Shown in pieces: positions 38,271-52,329 of a DNA stretch of 64,000 nucleotides (positions within the stretch are counted from its first letter, which is position 1; the number at the start of each line of letters is the position of its first letter). The position numbers and the translations under genes are program-made. The notes below the pieces were generated by a model. That model had not been told where the DNA came from and ran no database searches. It was given only the letters and a program-made list of their open reading frames with translations. This DNA is from Octopus sinensis (taxonomy: Eukaryota): positions 5,270,001-5,334,000 of the forward strand of contig NC_042997.1 in the NCBI RefSeq assembly GCF_006345805.1, read 5' to 3'.

Positions 38271-38835
38271 GAAAATGTAGGTAATGTAAATTTAGGGTGA
38301 ACACTTGATAAGTGTAAGCACCTGTATACGCCAGCTAGTGGCAGAGGTGAGAGGGCATATATCAAATAAAATCGAAAACAGAAAACAGAGGAGTCGCGGC
38401 ACATGTGGTTCAAGCTTTATAAACAACCTATTCTTACATCAGTGTATAATAGATATAAAGGATGGTTTCAAGTCTCTTCAGCCGCATGCATTGTTATTCC
38501 ATACATATACATACAAATACACATATATATATATATGAAAATGTAGGTAATGTAAATTTAGGGTGAACACTTGATAAGTGTAAGCACCTGTATACGCCAG
38601 CTAGTGGCAGAGGTGAGAGGGCATATATCAAATAAAATCGAAAACAGAAAACAGAGGAGTCGCGGCACACGTGGTTCAAGCTTTATAAACAACCTATTCT
38701 TACATCAGTGTATTATATAAAGGATGGTTTCAAGTCTCTTCAGCCGCATGCATTGTTATTCCATACATATACATACAAATACACATATATATATATATGA
38801 AAATGTAGGTACTGTAAATTTAGGGTGAACACTTG

Positions 38836-38837
<2 letters not shown>
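38270..38837. repeat. Tandem pLTR-like repeat (about 250-265 bp; two full units and a partial), family I, each unit with a minus-strand HHR-like motif (38395-38486, 38661-38748)
   Basis: Unit gaaaatgtaggtaatgtaaatttagggtgaacac...; minus strand TGCGG-CTGAAGA-long stem II-GAACCACGTGT-G-CCGCG (degenerate at 15.1 and 17). Confidence 0.8.
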
Positions 38838-38867
<30 letters not shown>

Positions 38868-38924
38868 TATATATACATTCACATACACACACCTACATAT
38901 ATATATATATATATTATATATATA

Positions 38925-38955
<31 letters not shown>

Positions 38956-39031
38956 CAGATACACATGTATAGATGCACACACACATACACATACATATAT
39001 ACCTATACATATGCACCCTCGTATGTCCCCC

Positions 39032-39062
<31 letters not shown>

Positions 39063-39229
39063 TGCATACATACATACATATGAATGCATATACACGTACA
39101 TACACAAGTACAACCTATTTGGTTGTGAAATTTTACAAATACACTTTATCAGGGAGATATGATATTCCTATTACTATATATAAATACTACATGTACATTT
39201 CATATTTTTCATAGTGTGATGTAACTCTT

Positions 39230-40185
39230 TGGAATAACAATGCATGCGACTGAAGAGAGCTTTAAACAATCCTTTATATGTTAGTTAGTTAGTTAGTTAA
39301 TTTGGCTCAAAAGCAAATAGCAAGGCCATGTAGGGGGACATGGAGTTAAGTACAGGGTGGTGTTCATGTAAAGTGTTCAGGCCACTTGAGGTCCAGGGAG
39401 GCTTTGAACAAAGCGGTCGTCGGTATCTTCACCATCTCGTCTGGCAGCTTGTTCCACGGTTCCGCAACCCGGACGGAGAAAGCTCCTCTCCTTCGATTGA
39501 GATGAAATCGTCGCAGGTAGAGCTTTTCGGAATGACCCCGCAGCCGACGCTCTGGTGCAGGAGTGAAGAACAGCTCTTTCGAGAGGTTACACTTTCCGCT
39601 TATGATGTTGTGGGCGAGAATGAGATCACCACGGCGGCGGCGTTTTTCAAGAGAATAAAGGTCGAGCGTCCTCAGCCTTTCTTCGTAGGACAAATTTTTG
39701 AGACCATGACCCATGCGGGTAGCCAGCTTCTGGACGCTTTCGAGATGCTGTATGTCTTTGAGGAGATAAGGAGAAGAGGCTTGAATCCCATACTCCAATA
39801 TGGGTCTCACCAGCGTGACATAGAGTGGTAGGAATATGGCTGCTGTGAGCATTCCGAATGACCGTCGAATCAAGAACAGAATTCCGCGTGCTTTGTTGGC
39901 AGCATGGACGCACTGGGCCGAAGGCGAAAAGGAGGAATCCACCAAGATACCCAGGTCCTTTACCTGATCGGTCCTCTCCAGCAGCAGACGACCCGGCTCG
40001 ATATCAAGTTGAGTTGCAGGAGTAGAGCCGACAGGCAGATGACAGCATTTTGACACGTTCAGACACAGGTCCCAATCGTTAGACCACTTCCAAATACACT
40101 GATGTAAGAATAGGTCGTTTACAAAACTTGAAACACGTGTACCGCGACATTCTTTGTGTTCTCTTTTTGATTTTATTTGATATAT
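39230..40185 (+). mobile_element. Inverted family-I pLTR copy split by a CR1 insertion; HHR halves at 39245-39279 and 40093-40146
   Basis: tgcga-CTGAAGA-gagctttaaacaatcctttatat | aatacactgatgtaagaataggtcgtttacaaaactt-GAA-ACACGTGT-A-ccgcg rejoins to match the 38xxx units. Confidence 0.8.
39280..40092 (-). mobile_element. CR1-clade LINE, 5'-truncated, uninterrupted ORF2 C-terminus, (CTAA)n tail
   Basis: ORF 39364..40056(-): KDLGILVD..YVTLVRPILEY..LESVQKLATR..YEERL..LYSLEKRRRRGDLI..RGH..FSVRVAEPWNKLP; tail gttagttag at 39280-39300. Confidence 0.93.
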
Positions 40186-40206
40186 ATGAAAATGTATATA
40201 TATATG

Positions 40207-40278
<72 letters not shown>

Positions 40279-41990
40279 TATTTTTTAGGGAATAAAAATT
40301 CCGTCATAACAGAGGTTCAAATTATTCTCATGAAGAAATATATTTTAATTTAGAGATGGTTGACCCCCTACATCTCACCAAATAAAAAGAATTTTTATTT
40401 TTATTTTAAATACCTACTGTTTTATTACTTGGCAACACGTATTTCATGAGGTACATCCTCGGGTTCCTAAACCACTCCGTATTTCCCTCCGTATTTCCCA
40501 GGAACCCCTCTCAAGATGCCACCCCAATCATCAGGCCGTTATATAACTTTATCAACGACCAATACAATAAACTATATTTTAACTTATTAAAACCCTTAAG
40601 TATATGTAAAATAGGTATGTTTAAATTAGGTATGTGTAAATTAGTTTCGCTGGACTCTACAATACAAGAAATAATTCAGACAAAAATTCAAATAAAGATA
40701 AAAAGTTACAGAAAGAAAAGTTACACGAATAAAGTAAGGAATAAAAATTAAAAAAACGAAAATTTACAAAAAAATATGTTTGTAACATATAGTGTTCCAA
40801 ATAAACTTAAATTTACAAATACTATGTTAATAATATATAAAAAATATGAATAAAAATGAAAGGAATAGGGAGAAAAAATATATACGAATAAAAATAAATA
40901 CGAATAAAAATAAAAATAAAAATAAACGGGATGGCAAGGGAAATATACACGAATAAAAGTTAATAAACATATAGGCAATGACGAAAAGATACTTTCAAAT
41001 AAAAGAGCTATAGTTCCAATACGAACTGCAAAATTTCTACTGATACGAATGGTAACATTTAAAAAAAATTACAAAGTAAAATAAAATAAAATAAAATAAA
41101 GATAACTTGATGGTAAAGTAAAGAATATATGCAAATTCATCGATAGCTCCATTATCCTACAACGTCTTAATTTTGGCCTGACATTGCTAAGTCCAGCGAA
41201 GTACTCATGCCCTATTTCCTGCTACTTTAAACAATTATTTAATTAACATATTGTCTAAATAGTAAAACATGGTTCACGAAACTTCAAAATGCATCATGGG
41301 AATATTACGTTATTTCTTTTTATTTCGTATAATTCCGTATTATTCCGCCCATTTAATCATTCAATGGTTATTATTCACCCCCCATCTAATACTAACTTTT
41401 TTTTTACATATCAAATAATTATAGAATTATAGAATTAACAATACGTACGCTAAAATTAAGGGTTATGCGTTATTAATAAGGCATTTTATTCTATGTTTAA
41501 ATTTAATTTTCCGGTCATCCTGGCCATTAAGAAGCTCAGTTTTATACCATAATATCACCATGAATTCAGGGGTACATTATAGCCATGACCTATTTCCTAT
41601 CGTATAAGATTTAGCTTTACATATTATCTCCCACTTTAATTCATAATCAATTTCTTTCATTTTTAAACTCCAAACGTATTTACTTAGTCCTGTAGAATCC
41701 TTAAGTTTCTTATTATTACATGAATTCAATGCTGTGCCATTCACTGTTTAATTTTTCGATATCGAATCCATGTACATTCTATCTGGGTATTTTTCAATAT
41801 CTGTATTTTTATTCCACTATTTTCGTTCCCATCTCCTTTTACCGAAACCACACATTTATATACTACGTCACTAACGTTACATCTTCCATAAAATTTTCAT
41901 TGGTTTTTATCTCTACAGGTACAACTATTATGGTCTCTATAACTCCATGACAAATTAAAAAAGGATTCATATCCTTATTTAATTCGTCAA

Positions 41991-42479
41991 TGTTTAAAAT
42001 ACATATATTTATATACATACCAAACTTGTTTCAACAATATTTTTTGTTTATCAAAGGTTAAAGCTTAAAATTATGAATTAGAAAAACATCTAACATCTTT
42101 AAAAGATTCAATGTTGACAAATTAACATGTTCAAAACTGATAAATTTAGAATTATGAATTAGGAGGACAGGTGTAAGTTTGAGTGTTCATAGCAGCCAAT
42201 AATATTAAAAATGTATATCAATTTGTTTGAATGTACAAAGTTCATTAATGCTATTTTTTATCTGTTTTGTACATGTTAAGTTGTCAACAGTGAAACGTTT
42301 TAATTTGTCAACATTGAAACATTTCAATTTGTCAACATTGAAATATTTTTATTTGCCAACAACAAAACTTTTAACGATGTTTTCTTTGTAATTCATAATT
42401 TTTATGTTTTATCATTGATAAACCCAAAAATATTGTTGAAACTGGTTTGGTATATATGTAAATAAATGTACTTTAAACA
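41991..42479. mobile_element. Degenerate fold-back / MITE-like element with about 100-bp inverted ends and an internal 20-bp tandem repeat
   Basis: tgtttaaaatac..ccaaacttgtttcaacaatatttt..aaattatgaatta versus taattcataattt..aaaatattgttgaaactggtttgg..gtactttaaaca; internal aatttgtcaacattgaaa repeats. Confidence 0.6.
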
Positions 42480-42957
42480 TTTACGTGTTTTTGAAATGTA
42501 GTTGCATTTTCAACAACAATGCATTTTCCTATATTTTTTCATGCGTGGAACCCATCCTCTTTTGTTATATATATGTATGTATATATATATAAAGAGAGAG
42601 AGAGAGCGAGAGAGAGAGAGAGAGAGAGTTAACTGAGTATATGAATGTTGTCAAATCTAATAGGAAGATAGCATCTTAGGATCATTTTCGAACCGAAACT
42701 AATGTTATGCGTGTTTCATTTCGCATTAGTATGGAACAATAAGCATTTTCTGTCAAACAGAAGAAATCTAGATGCATCATAATTTCTGTTGTTGATCAAT
42801 TATTTAGTGATTTTCTCCTGTCGTTAAGTATCGAAGCGTACTCTACTAGGTGCAGTATGATGCCTTACCTCAGGTTTAGAAAAGACCACTGTTCTTTTCT
42901 ATGTTATTGATGTTGCATTTCTTCTCCAAGACTGTATTTAAATTCACTAAACCCTGT

Positions 42958-43240
42958 GTGAAAGGGTGAAGTCACCTTTCGGTCATGAATAACAACGAAA
43001 TTCCATCAAAAAATTCCCCTCCGAGGTTGTTTATGGAAGACCCGTCTCCCCTCTCCCAGCCACCGATGTTATTGAAGGGAAACCCGAAGACCAATAAAGT
43101 TTGACCCCAGTGACATCGCAACTCCTTCCTACAGCTGAGCAAAGTGAAATGAAGTGTCTTGCTCAACAGCTCAGTCCCGGAAACGAACTCACTACCTTAT
43201 GATTATGAGCCCGACGCTTTAGCCACTGACTCATGCGCTT
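42958..43240 (-). mobile_element. tRNA-derived SINE, second family
   Basis: Minus strand gagtcagtggctaaagcg (A box), gagttcgtttcc (B box), ttgagcaagacac body, tail tcatgaccgaaagg. Confidence 0.7.
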
Positions 43241-43360
43241 GTTTTTTGTGTCATTTTTCAGTCTTATTTCAAGACTCCTTGCCTATAGAAAAAGTGCCGG
43301 TTTCTAACCTAGATCCCAGTCTTTTTCACTGGAATTTCAACATCAACAACAGTGTATTGT

Positions 43361-43392
<32 letters not shown>

Positions 43393-43544
43393 TGTATGTA
43401 TGTATGTATGTATGTATGTGTGTATGTATGTATGTATGTGTGTATGTATGTATGTATGTATGTGTGTAAGTACATGTACTGAGTTGCATCTTTTGCTTTA
43501 TGTATGTATTCTCATGCATATAGTTACATATCTAGACATACTCA

Positions 43545-43810
43545 TAAATATATTTAAATGACAAACTTGAGGAACATTTTACGGAATTCAGTGATGAATT
43601 GGATCAGTAGTCTTCGAGTTAGCTTTCTCCTTTCTGGTCTTGAGAAACCTAATTTCTCACGATCAGTCTTTAGGCAGTGTTACATATCCCAGGGTCCCAA
43701 TAATTACATGTGTAAACCTGAACTTGTAATCTGGATAGAGTAAATACAGATCTCTCAATAGTTCAGCGGAGATATTATCTTTTGCATTCAGCTTCGCATA
43801 CGTTCTGATA
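43545..43810 (-). mobile_element. R2-superfamily (RLE) LINE, C-terminal remnant
   Basis: YAKLNAKDNISAELLRDLYLLYPDYKFRFTHVIIGTLGYVTL..EKLGFSRPERRKLTRRLLIQ resembles the K..Y..L....P+++GxLG end of RLE domains. Confidence 0.55.
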
Positions 43811-44459
43811 AATGCGGTTGTATGTATATATGAGTATTTGTATACTTGCATTTGTGTATATATATATATATATATATAAAATATTATTCGAGACAAAACC
43901 ACTATTTTCAAAACAAACAAGGAAAGACTTAATCAATAATAATTTTAATAAATAGTCAAAAAAACCGCCACTACAATCGTTTCTTGTCTTGATCGACAAT
44001 CTTCAGGTGGACTTCCAATCTAAAAATCAATATTTTAAAAAATAAAAATAATAATTTTAAAATAATTAAAGTATGAATGAAAAAAAATAAGTATATAATC
44101 CATATATAACCTATCTATAATCCATATATAATCAATATATAAACAATATATAAACTAAAAAAAACCTATCAACAATTAAATATAAAATATAAAATATAAA
44201 ATATAAAATATAAAATATAAAACAACAAAACAAAAAAAATAATAATAATATAATATTAAACTATATATACACCCATACGCATACACCTAATTATATATAA
44301 CCATATCTAACTACATACACTAAATCACACACCTATATATATATCCCTATACATACACATAAAAATGTCTAGGCAACTATAAATAAATAAAATAGCTAAA
44401 TACTTCAACACAATACTTATTCATACTCCACACACACACACACATACAACCCACATTCA

Positions 44460-46695
44460 CGCTCTAGAAAATGGACATCACTCAAAACTATGAACGGAGA
44501 AATAGAATAAATGGAATTAAAAATTATATTCACTTGGTAAAACGAACACTACTTAAAAATTATGAATGAAACAATGCAATAAAAAACAACAGACATCGCA
44601 AATAGACACAAATTACTACAAATTCCTTATCAAACCTACCATGATAACCAAAACTCATAAAAACATATAATGATAAAATCTCCCTTTACTAAACTCTATA
44701 ACAAACCTATATAGCAATCCCCCTAACCTAAACATTCACACACAAATACACACACGTAAACCACACACCCACGACATATACAAATACCCACACCACTTAC
44801 ACATACCAATACATACATATAAACCTCAACATATTCCAAAAACCCACTCAACCCCACACAGACAAATAAACACAAAAATTATATGAATGGATTCTTTTAT
44901 AAAAACTACCATGATTAAAGCTAAAACTCACAAAACAGAAATGATTAAAACCTCCCTTTACTAAACACTAAAACATACTTATATAGCAATTCCTTAACCT
45001 ATACATTCACACACAAAACCACTCGTAAACCATACACCCATAACAAATACAAACTCCCACCCCCACTCACACACACCCATAAGTACATATAAGCCTCAAC
45101 ATATACACCAAACAAAATTACTTTACCAAGGAACTTAACATATATATAAAAGTATAACCGCTCTGGAAACGAACATCTCTAAATTAATGAATGGAGAAAT
45201 GGGAATAAATGGAATTAAAAATAAAATTCACGTGGCAAAACGAACACACTCAAAAAATTATGAATGAAACAATATAAAAAATAACCAACATCGAAAAAAG
45301 ACAAATTACTACGAATTCCCTAAAAGAAAACCCATGATAAACCAAAACTCTTAAAAAACATATAACGATAAAATCTCCCTTTGCTAAAACCTATAACAAA
45401 CCTATATAGTAATCCCCCTAACCTAAACATTCACACACAAACACACACGTAAAAAACACAGACCCACGACTTATACACATACCTAAACTAACTTATAACC
45501 TCCAATACACCAAAACCCACTCCCTCCCACACAGACAAATTAACTCATACATCCCAAAACCTAAATAACAAACCCATATACACATTCACACACAAACACA
45601 CACACACCCAAAACACACACACATAACAGATACATATACTCCCTCACATATACGCATATACATACTCACTAAACTCAATATATACAACAATATTACACAC
45701 CCACTCTCATACAGATAAATAAATTATACAACTAAAAACTCGCACAACAATCTCATATACATAAACACTCCTATGAAAACAACATTAAATACATCTTAAT
45801 TAACCAGAATATCAAAAAAACAATATGACATAAAGGTAATAAAATACATACTTACAATTCAGTGTCAAATTATGAAGTGAAATTACATTCTTAGCCGTTA
45901 AAAATCAAACCAAAATTACGTTACCATAGAAATAACTTATGTAAAAAAAGACTAACAAACAAATTACAGTACCCAATCCCATTCTCTATGCCTACCTCAC
46001 TACTACACTATTCCATTCACAATTCCAAACAACACTAGTCCACCTCCCGGTTATTCACGTGGCAAAACGAACACCACTCAAAAATTATGAATGAAACAAT
46101 GTAATAAAACAACCAACATCGAAAATAGACAAATTACCACGAATTCCCTAAAAAAACCATGATAAACCAAAACTCCTAAAAAACATATAACGATAAATCT
46201 CCCTTTGCTAAACTCTATAACAAACCTATATAGCAATCTCCCTAACCTAACATTCACACACAAATACACACTCGTAAACCACAGACCCACGACTTATACA
46301 CATACCTATACTAACTTATAAACCTCATATACACCAAAACCCACTCCCTCCCACACAGACAAATTAACACATACATCCCAAAACCTAAACAACAAACCCA
46401 TACACAATTCACACACACAACACAACACACACGCAAAACCACACACACACAACAGATACATATACTCCCTCACAATACGCATATACATACTCACTAAACT
46501 CGATATATACAGCAATATTTACACACACCACACTCATACAGATAAATAAATTATACAACTAAAAACTCGCACACAATCTCATATACATAAACACACCTAT
46601 GAAAACAACATAAATACATCGTAATTAACCAGAATATCAAAATAACAATAAGACATAAGGATAATAAAATACATACTTACAATTCAGTGTCAAAT
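44460..46695. repeat. Three diverged tandem units (about 700-830 bp) of an A/C-rich, G-poor repeat
   Basis: ttcac(g/t)tgg(c/t)aaaacgaacac..aaaaattatgaatgaaacaat starts at about 44510, 45227 and 46053; units 2 and 3 both end catacttacaattcagtgtcaaattatg. Confidence 0.85.
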
Positions 46696-46734
<39 letters not shown>

Positions 46735-47852
46735 TATATATCTATATATATGTATGTGTGTGTGTGTGTGTGTGTGTGTTATATATATATATGTATATAT
46801 ATATATTTATACATGTATATGTATATATATAATATACATATATATATATATTTATTATCTATATGTGTTTGTATGTATGTATGTATGTATGTATGTATGA
46901 ATGTATGAATGTATGAAAGTATGTATTTATATTGATATATTTATGTGCTTAAGCCTAGTTGAAGGATTGGAAGATGTTTATCAAAGAAACGTACCTTAAG
47001 CTATGTCTTTCCGCAAACTGCAACGTTGTATTTCCTTTTGTACATGATCTATATAATAATTATCGATTCGATATCGACTAAAATCTAAGAAATTGTTGTC
47101 TCAGCAACTGTTCAGAACTATGACTGTAATGCTGCTGCATATAAAAGTCGCTAATGCTCAGAAATTCTAACGTTTGAAAACCATTCTAATATTAGTTTCT
47201 AAAATGGCTTAGTGTGCATTTCTGAAGCAGTATAACCCGATCCGACTAGTTCAATAATGAGGAGATAAATGTGGGCATATATTATCACGTTGATACTTTC
47301 GAATGTAATTAAAATGTATATGGAATAGACTGTAAATACCTGACTACTGGAGAAAGTGGATTCATAGCCATGTTCATACATAATTCACTTCGTAACATTT
47401 TTCAAGTACTTACTGTACGATAACTGGCACAGATTCTATTCATATACAAATTTGCGAGTGTAATGTCTGCTGCTTAACATATATTAACGGAAGGATGTTG
47501 TAATCTGTTTCTAGACTTTGAAGTTTGAAGTAAGCACGTTTTGACAACTTGTAATTACTGAATAAAAGTGTCGGAGTTGTTTTGGGATTGTCTACCCTGA
47601 GGTCCGTAGCGATCAACCATGCTACCAATTATTTAGACTGGAAAAAATATGTATGCAAATGTATCTACAAATTATGCACCACTAGTTGTTCTCTTGCGTA
47701 TAGTGTATTAGTAGATCTTTTGTTAAATAAATTAATAAATATGCAGACCTATAGACATCTGGTCTGATATTCCGGTAGAGTGATGAATATCGTTTGTACG
47801 AATCCATTTTATACATCCTTGTCTGAAGTTACGTGGGCGTCCATACACACGA

Positions 47853-47911
<59 letters not shown>

Positions 47912-48467
47912 CACTCCTACTCTGTCTGTCTCTTTCTCTGTGTATATATAATTATCTGTGCGTGTATGTGTGCGCATACGAATAAAATATGTGTAAACAG
48001 CATATAAGCTACGCACACCTGTATACGCGGGCAGATATGCACCTGCGAGACCACACCTGAAGTATACAAGATCGATGGACGTTAATTTTTCGTCGATCAG
48101 ACCTAAGCAAAACTAGAAGACACCAGTTTCTTCAATATCATGAATGTTTGTGCTGAGGTCCACTTCTCAATCGTCATTCTACTATCAACAAAATAATGGC
48201 TGGTTCTATATACGATAATCTAGAGTGATCCAACCTCATTGATATTTTATGAATAAATCAATACAGTACACATGTAATTATAATGTCGTTCAAATTGCTA
48301 GAAATAGTAGTTAATTCTCTTCCAAATATTATCTTACATCTTCGAAATACTGTGGGCCTCACTGTATAATTCGATGACAGATATCTCAGTTCTGGCATAA
48401 GATATAGGAACTGGATTATACGCTGGATAAGATATGGGAACGACTTCATTATATATGTAGTCAATTA

Positions 48468-48683
48468 AGTGGTGAGATAGCAGAATCGCTAACACACCGG
48501 ACCAAGCGTTTAACAGCATTTCTTCAGACTTTGCGTTCCGAGTTCAAATGCTGTCATGATCGACTTAACTCTTCATCTCTCGAGATAGACAAAAAGAAGT
48601 AACAGTTGAGCAGAGGTCGACGTAATTGGCTTACCTCTACCGCGTTTTAAGAAACCGCAGGCTTTGTGCCAAAATTTGAAACC
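48468..48683 (+). mobile_element. tRNA-derived SINE, third family, diverged
   Basis: gtggtgagatagcagaatcg (A box), gagttcaaatgc (B box), body ttcatc..gaggtcgacgtaattggc, tail tgtgccaaaatttgaaacc. Confidence 0.65.
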
Positions 48684-48844
48684 ATTCTATGTAGCATACA
48701 CTTAAATATTCTAATACTTCTCAGATTTTCTTGTTCTAATAACGCCAAAATGCACGATAGGAAACCTTCACTTCTGTACATACATACTCATTCTTACAAG
48801 TCAAATATTCTTTCAAAATATTCCTTGTTCATTATTTTTATATA

Positions 48845-49238
48845 GGCTAAGTTGCGGCTGTGTAGTATGAAGTTGGATTTACAAACTTATGGTTCTGGAT
48901 TCAGTTTCTTCGAGTGAGCTGCACCTTAGGAAAGTGTTATTTATTATAACCTTGGGCCGACGCATTCTTTGTTAGACAACTCTGAAAGAAACCCGTCGTA
49001 TGTGTGTATGTTTTAGTGCGTGTGTTGGTGTGTGCGTTTGTGTGTGTGCTTATGTCACACTACCAATTTAAGGCCAGTGTTTGTATGTTTACATCCCAGT
49101 AACTGAGTGGTTGGGCGAAAGAGAAGGATAGAACAAGATTATTAATAATAAATAAGTACTGCAGTTGATACCTTCAACTAAAATTTCTGAAGGCGGTATT
49201 CCAATATGGCTGCTATCAAATGACTGAAACTAGAAAAT
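48845..49238 (+). mobile_element. Diverged copy of the 29059-29450 SINE family
   Basis: ggctgtgtagtatgaag..ggttctggattcagt..cttgggccgac..gaaagaaacccgtcgtatg..aggcggtattccaatatggctgct..atgactgaaac. Confidence 0.7.
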
Positions 49239-50979
49239 GGGAAGAGATACTATATATATTTACTTCTAACTTTTCTATCAAATAAAATGGGTAATTTCTT
49301 CAACTAACGTCGTAATTTTAATTTGATCATTGCACTGCATTTAAATTCGAGAAAATTCTACGTCAATTTCATTTTATAAATTTTACTCTCGTTACAATTA
49401 TTTCAAATTAGACTGCTAGTCATGCTGAATTAGTATCTACTCTTCTTGTAACCTGATTGCTTGTGTATTCAATTAATGAGAATGAACAACGGCATATCTA
49501 TAATCTTACGGATGTATTTACATAATGGTATATCGTCTCAAATAATGATATCATTCATTTTAATAATGATGTATTGGTTTAGAAGGAAGAAGGAAACAAA
49601 AACAATCTGTATGTTTCAGATGATTTTCTAGTGTGAGCAAGAAACAACAAATGAAAGCAATTTATTGATCTTCCTCATGGCTGTCTTTCTTGTCTTTTTT
49701 CCTTTCTTTTATTTGTTATTCCTTATCTCGTCGTTATTTCCTCTCTTATACATATTTTTTCTTACATTGCTTTTATTTGTCATCCTATTGATATTGATTC
49801 TCTTTCAATACAAAACAGATAATTTGGTGCTGGCAGATGTATAATCAATTGATCTAGCCTCAGTGAAAAAACCATATTTTTCATCGATCCGAAACAGATC
49901 AAATGATACGTAACTCCCGGCAAGACACGAGTTCAAACTATAATGGGACAAAAGAGAATAATGAAATTAAATGATGTACGTTATTTATTTCTGCGGTCTA
50001 AAATCTCAAGTGCTTTAACAATTAGTGTTATTAGCATTATTACTATAAAATTTAGCGGTGCATTTTAAGAATCATGAGGGTGTCTAATGGAATTATTCCT
50101 TCTGACGAACAGGTTCTATGAATTCTAATCTCGATGTGGTCATTTTTGCACGTCATCATTTTTTGCTCATTATAACAATGTTTCATCATTTCGGCATTTC
50201 CATTCATATAATAAAAACAAAGCGGATGTTCAAAGCTCCAAATTTTCTAAGTGGTTAATTCGTTGTTCCGCAACGATTTTCACCCACGAAATAAGGAATA
50301 CAGCTTGTTGAAAAGCATATCCACTCATCAAATTTTGGAGACAATCGCCCAGTAGTTCACCTCTTATACAAAGAAAGCATTAGTGTATCTCACGAATCTC
50401 AAGGATTCCTTGCATCAAATTCAAGCCGAATCTTTCAGTTATGTGCAGAATGTATCCCAAGGCCAACCGTTTCTCCTCATATGCTAAACGAAAACCATCG
50501 CATTCGCTGTACAGTTTGCATTACTTCCACACTATACACGCTTGGCCAACCCCTAAAAATCTAACCCACTCCACTCGGTGTGCATACCCTATGTGCAGAA
50601 ATCTGTCCGGTTACTTCAAACAAAGAACATCACCAGCCATGACTATGTCTTTTCCATTACATTCGAATGTTGCGCTGCAGGAATGCTCATTCCTGAATGA
50701 ACTTTTCACTTTCTAACTCACAGTTGAGATATATTCAGATATTTCGACGCCACCGCAATAAATCTGATTCCAATAAATGGCAACTAATCTGACCCACCCA
50801 GCTATTGTCCTATTTCTCTGAACCTTAACGTTACTAAATTATTGAAGTCCCCGACTATGAATGTCGTTTCCTAACAGCTCACTCCCCTCTTTCACTCTCC
50901 TATTTACACTCTCTCTGTCTATTTATCTATCTATCCATCTATCTATCTTCTCGTATTATCTCCTTTTCGTCTCACGGAT

Positions 50980-51800
50980 GACCACGATTACGGCTTCCAC
51001 ACAACTAAAGCCCATTCACTACCCTATATTTTACATCATTCACCAGTGGGCTTTCACTTTAAAGAACTTAGGTGAAACCGACTTTGTTAGCGAGGCGTCA
51101 GATATACCTTCGTGCAAAATACGTATGTATGTTTCCCAACACAATGTCTTAGCAAATGGCCCCAGCCATATTTCAACCATGCATATGTTGCTCCCCATCG
51201 AGTCGTACCATCGTAGCCTGTGTTGAAGTAAATCTTTTGTTTTACATTCAAACAATTCAGGTGTTACTTAGGATTTTGTTTCGTGTCCGACACTCCTACG
51301 TCTATACATAAATGAACTAGTCGTCATCCCATTCGTCGATACCAATTATCATTCACACAACGCAGCCCATCATTCTCCCTAATTTCCAACAATCGTGGAT
51401 GAGCCACACGCATTCTAGATAGCACTCTTAAAATCTATACTGATTCTAACCTTCAGACAATACATCAATGGTGTTATGCTGACCTTCTTTTCTTTTTACA
51501 GCAAAGAAGTCAAGCCCTTAATGTATCAAGGAAAGACTACTGCACCACAATCCCATTTAACCTGACTGGCTCGAGCTAGAAGAGTTTAGCTAAAATTACT
51601 GTGCCTCAGTATTACTGAGAACATATCCTAACGAAAGCACATTCTTTGCTAAATCTACATCCCGCAGAATGGCCTGTTTCTGCAGGTCAAGAAAATATTT
51701 CATTCCCCAACTCCTGACATCCTACAACTTCTAAGTGAGTTCCGCACTTAAGTACTGCTTTCATATCTGGGTGGTGCAGCCTCTAGGAGAAGCTGCTCCA
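50980..51800 (-). mobile_element. RTE-clade LINE remnant, highly decayed
   Basis: Minus-strand fragments LGYVLSN..ARVRLNG and LQHRLRWYD resemble RTE RT C-terminal motifs (YLG..S..ARI..GW; RLRWYGH). Confidence 0.45.
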
Positions 51801-52185
51801 GTTATTGGTGTTATATCATACTCATGTCTGTTGAGTTATGTTGTCGAAGCGTATAAATTAAATTAAAGGTAACACCTACATCAAACTTCTATATACTTTT
51901 ATACGGGAACAGTGATAACATTTTCCTTGATTTACAATCTTATTAACATTTCTTTTGAGAAAACCACGGCTAACTCGTTAAGATTCCCATCAGAACATTT
52001 ATTCAAATTTGTGAAATTTTTAAAAATCAAGTAGCGTAATATAAATAGATTTCAAGGGAAGAGAGACTGAAATCATATTTACACTGCTATCGTTGAACAC
52101 TACACCTATGATCTCTTCAGTGGAACGAATGTATATGTGTGTTTATTTGGAAAAAAATGACACTCCGAAACACAACAATATATTA

Positions 52186-52329
<144 letters not shown>

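Noticed and set aside
39340-39831. 163-aa plus-strand ORF, and the 157-aa ORF at 22834-23307(-)
   Set aside because: They are antisense shadows of LINE ORF2 sequence.
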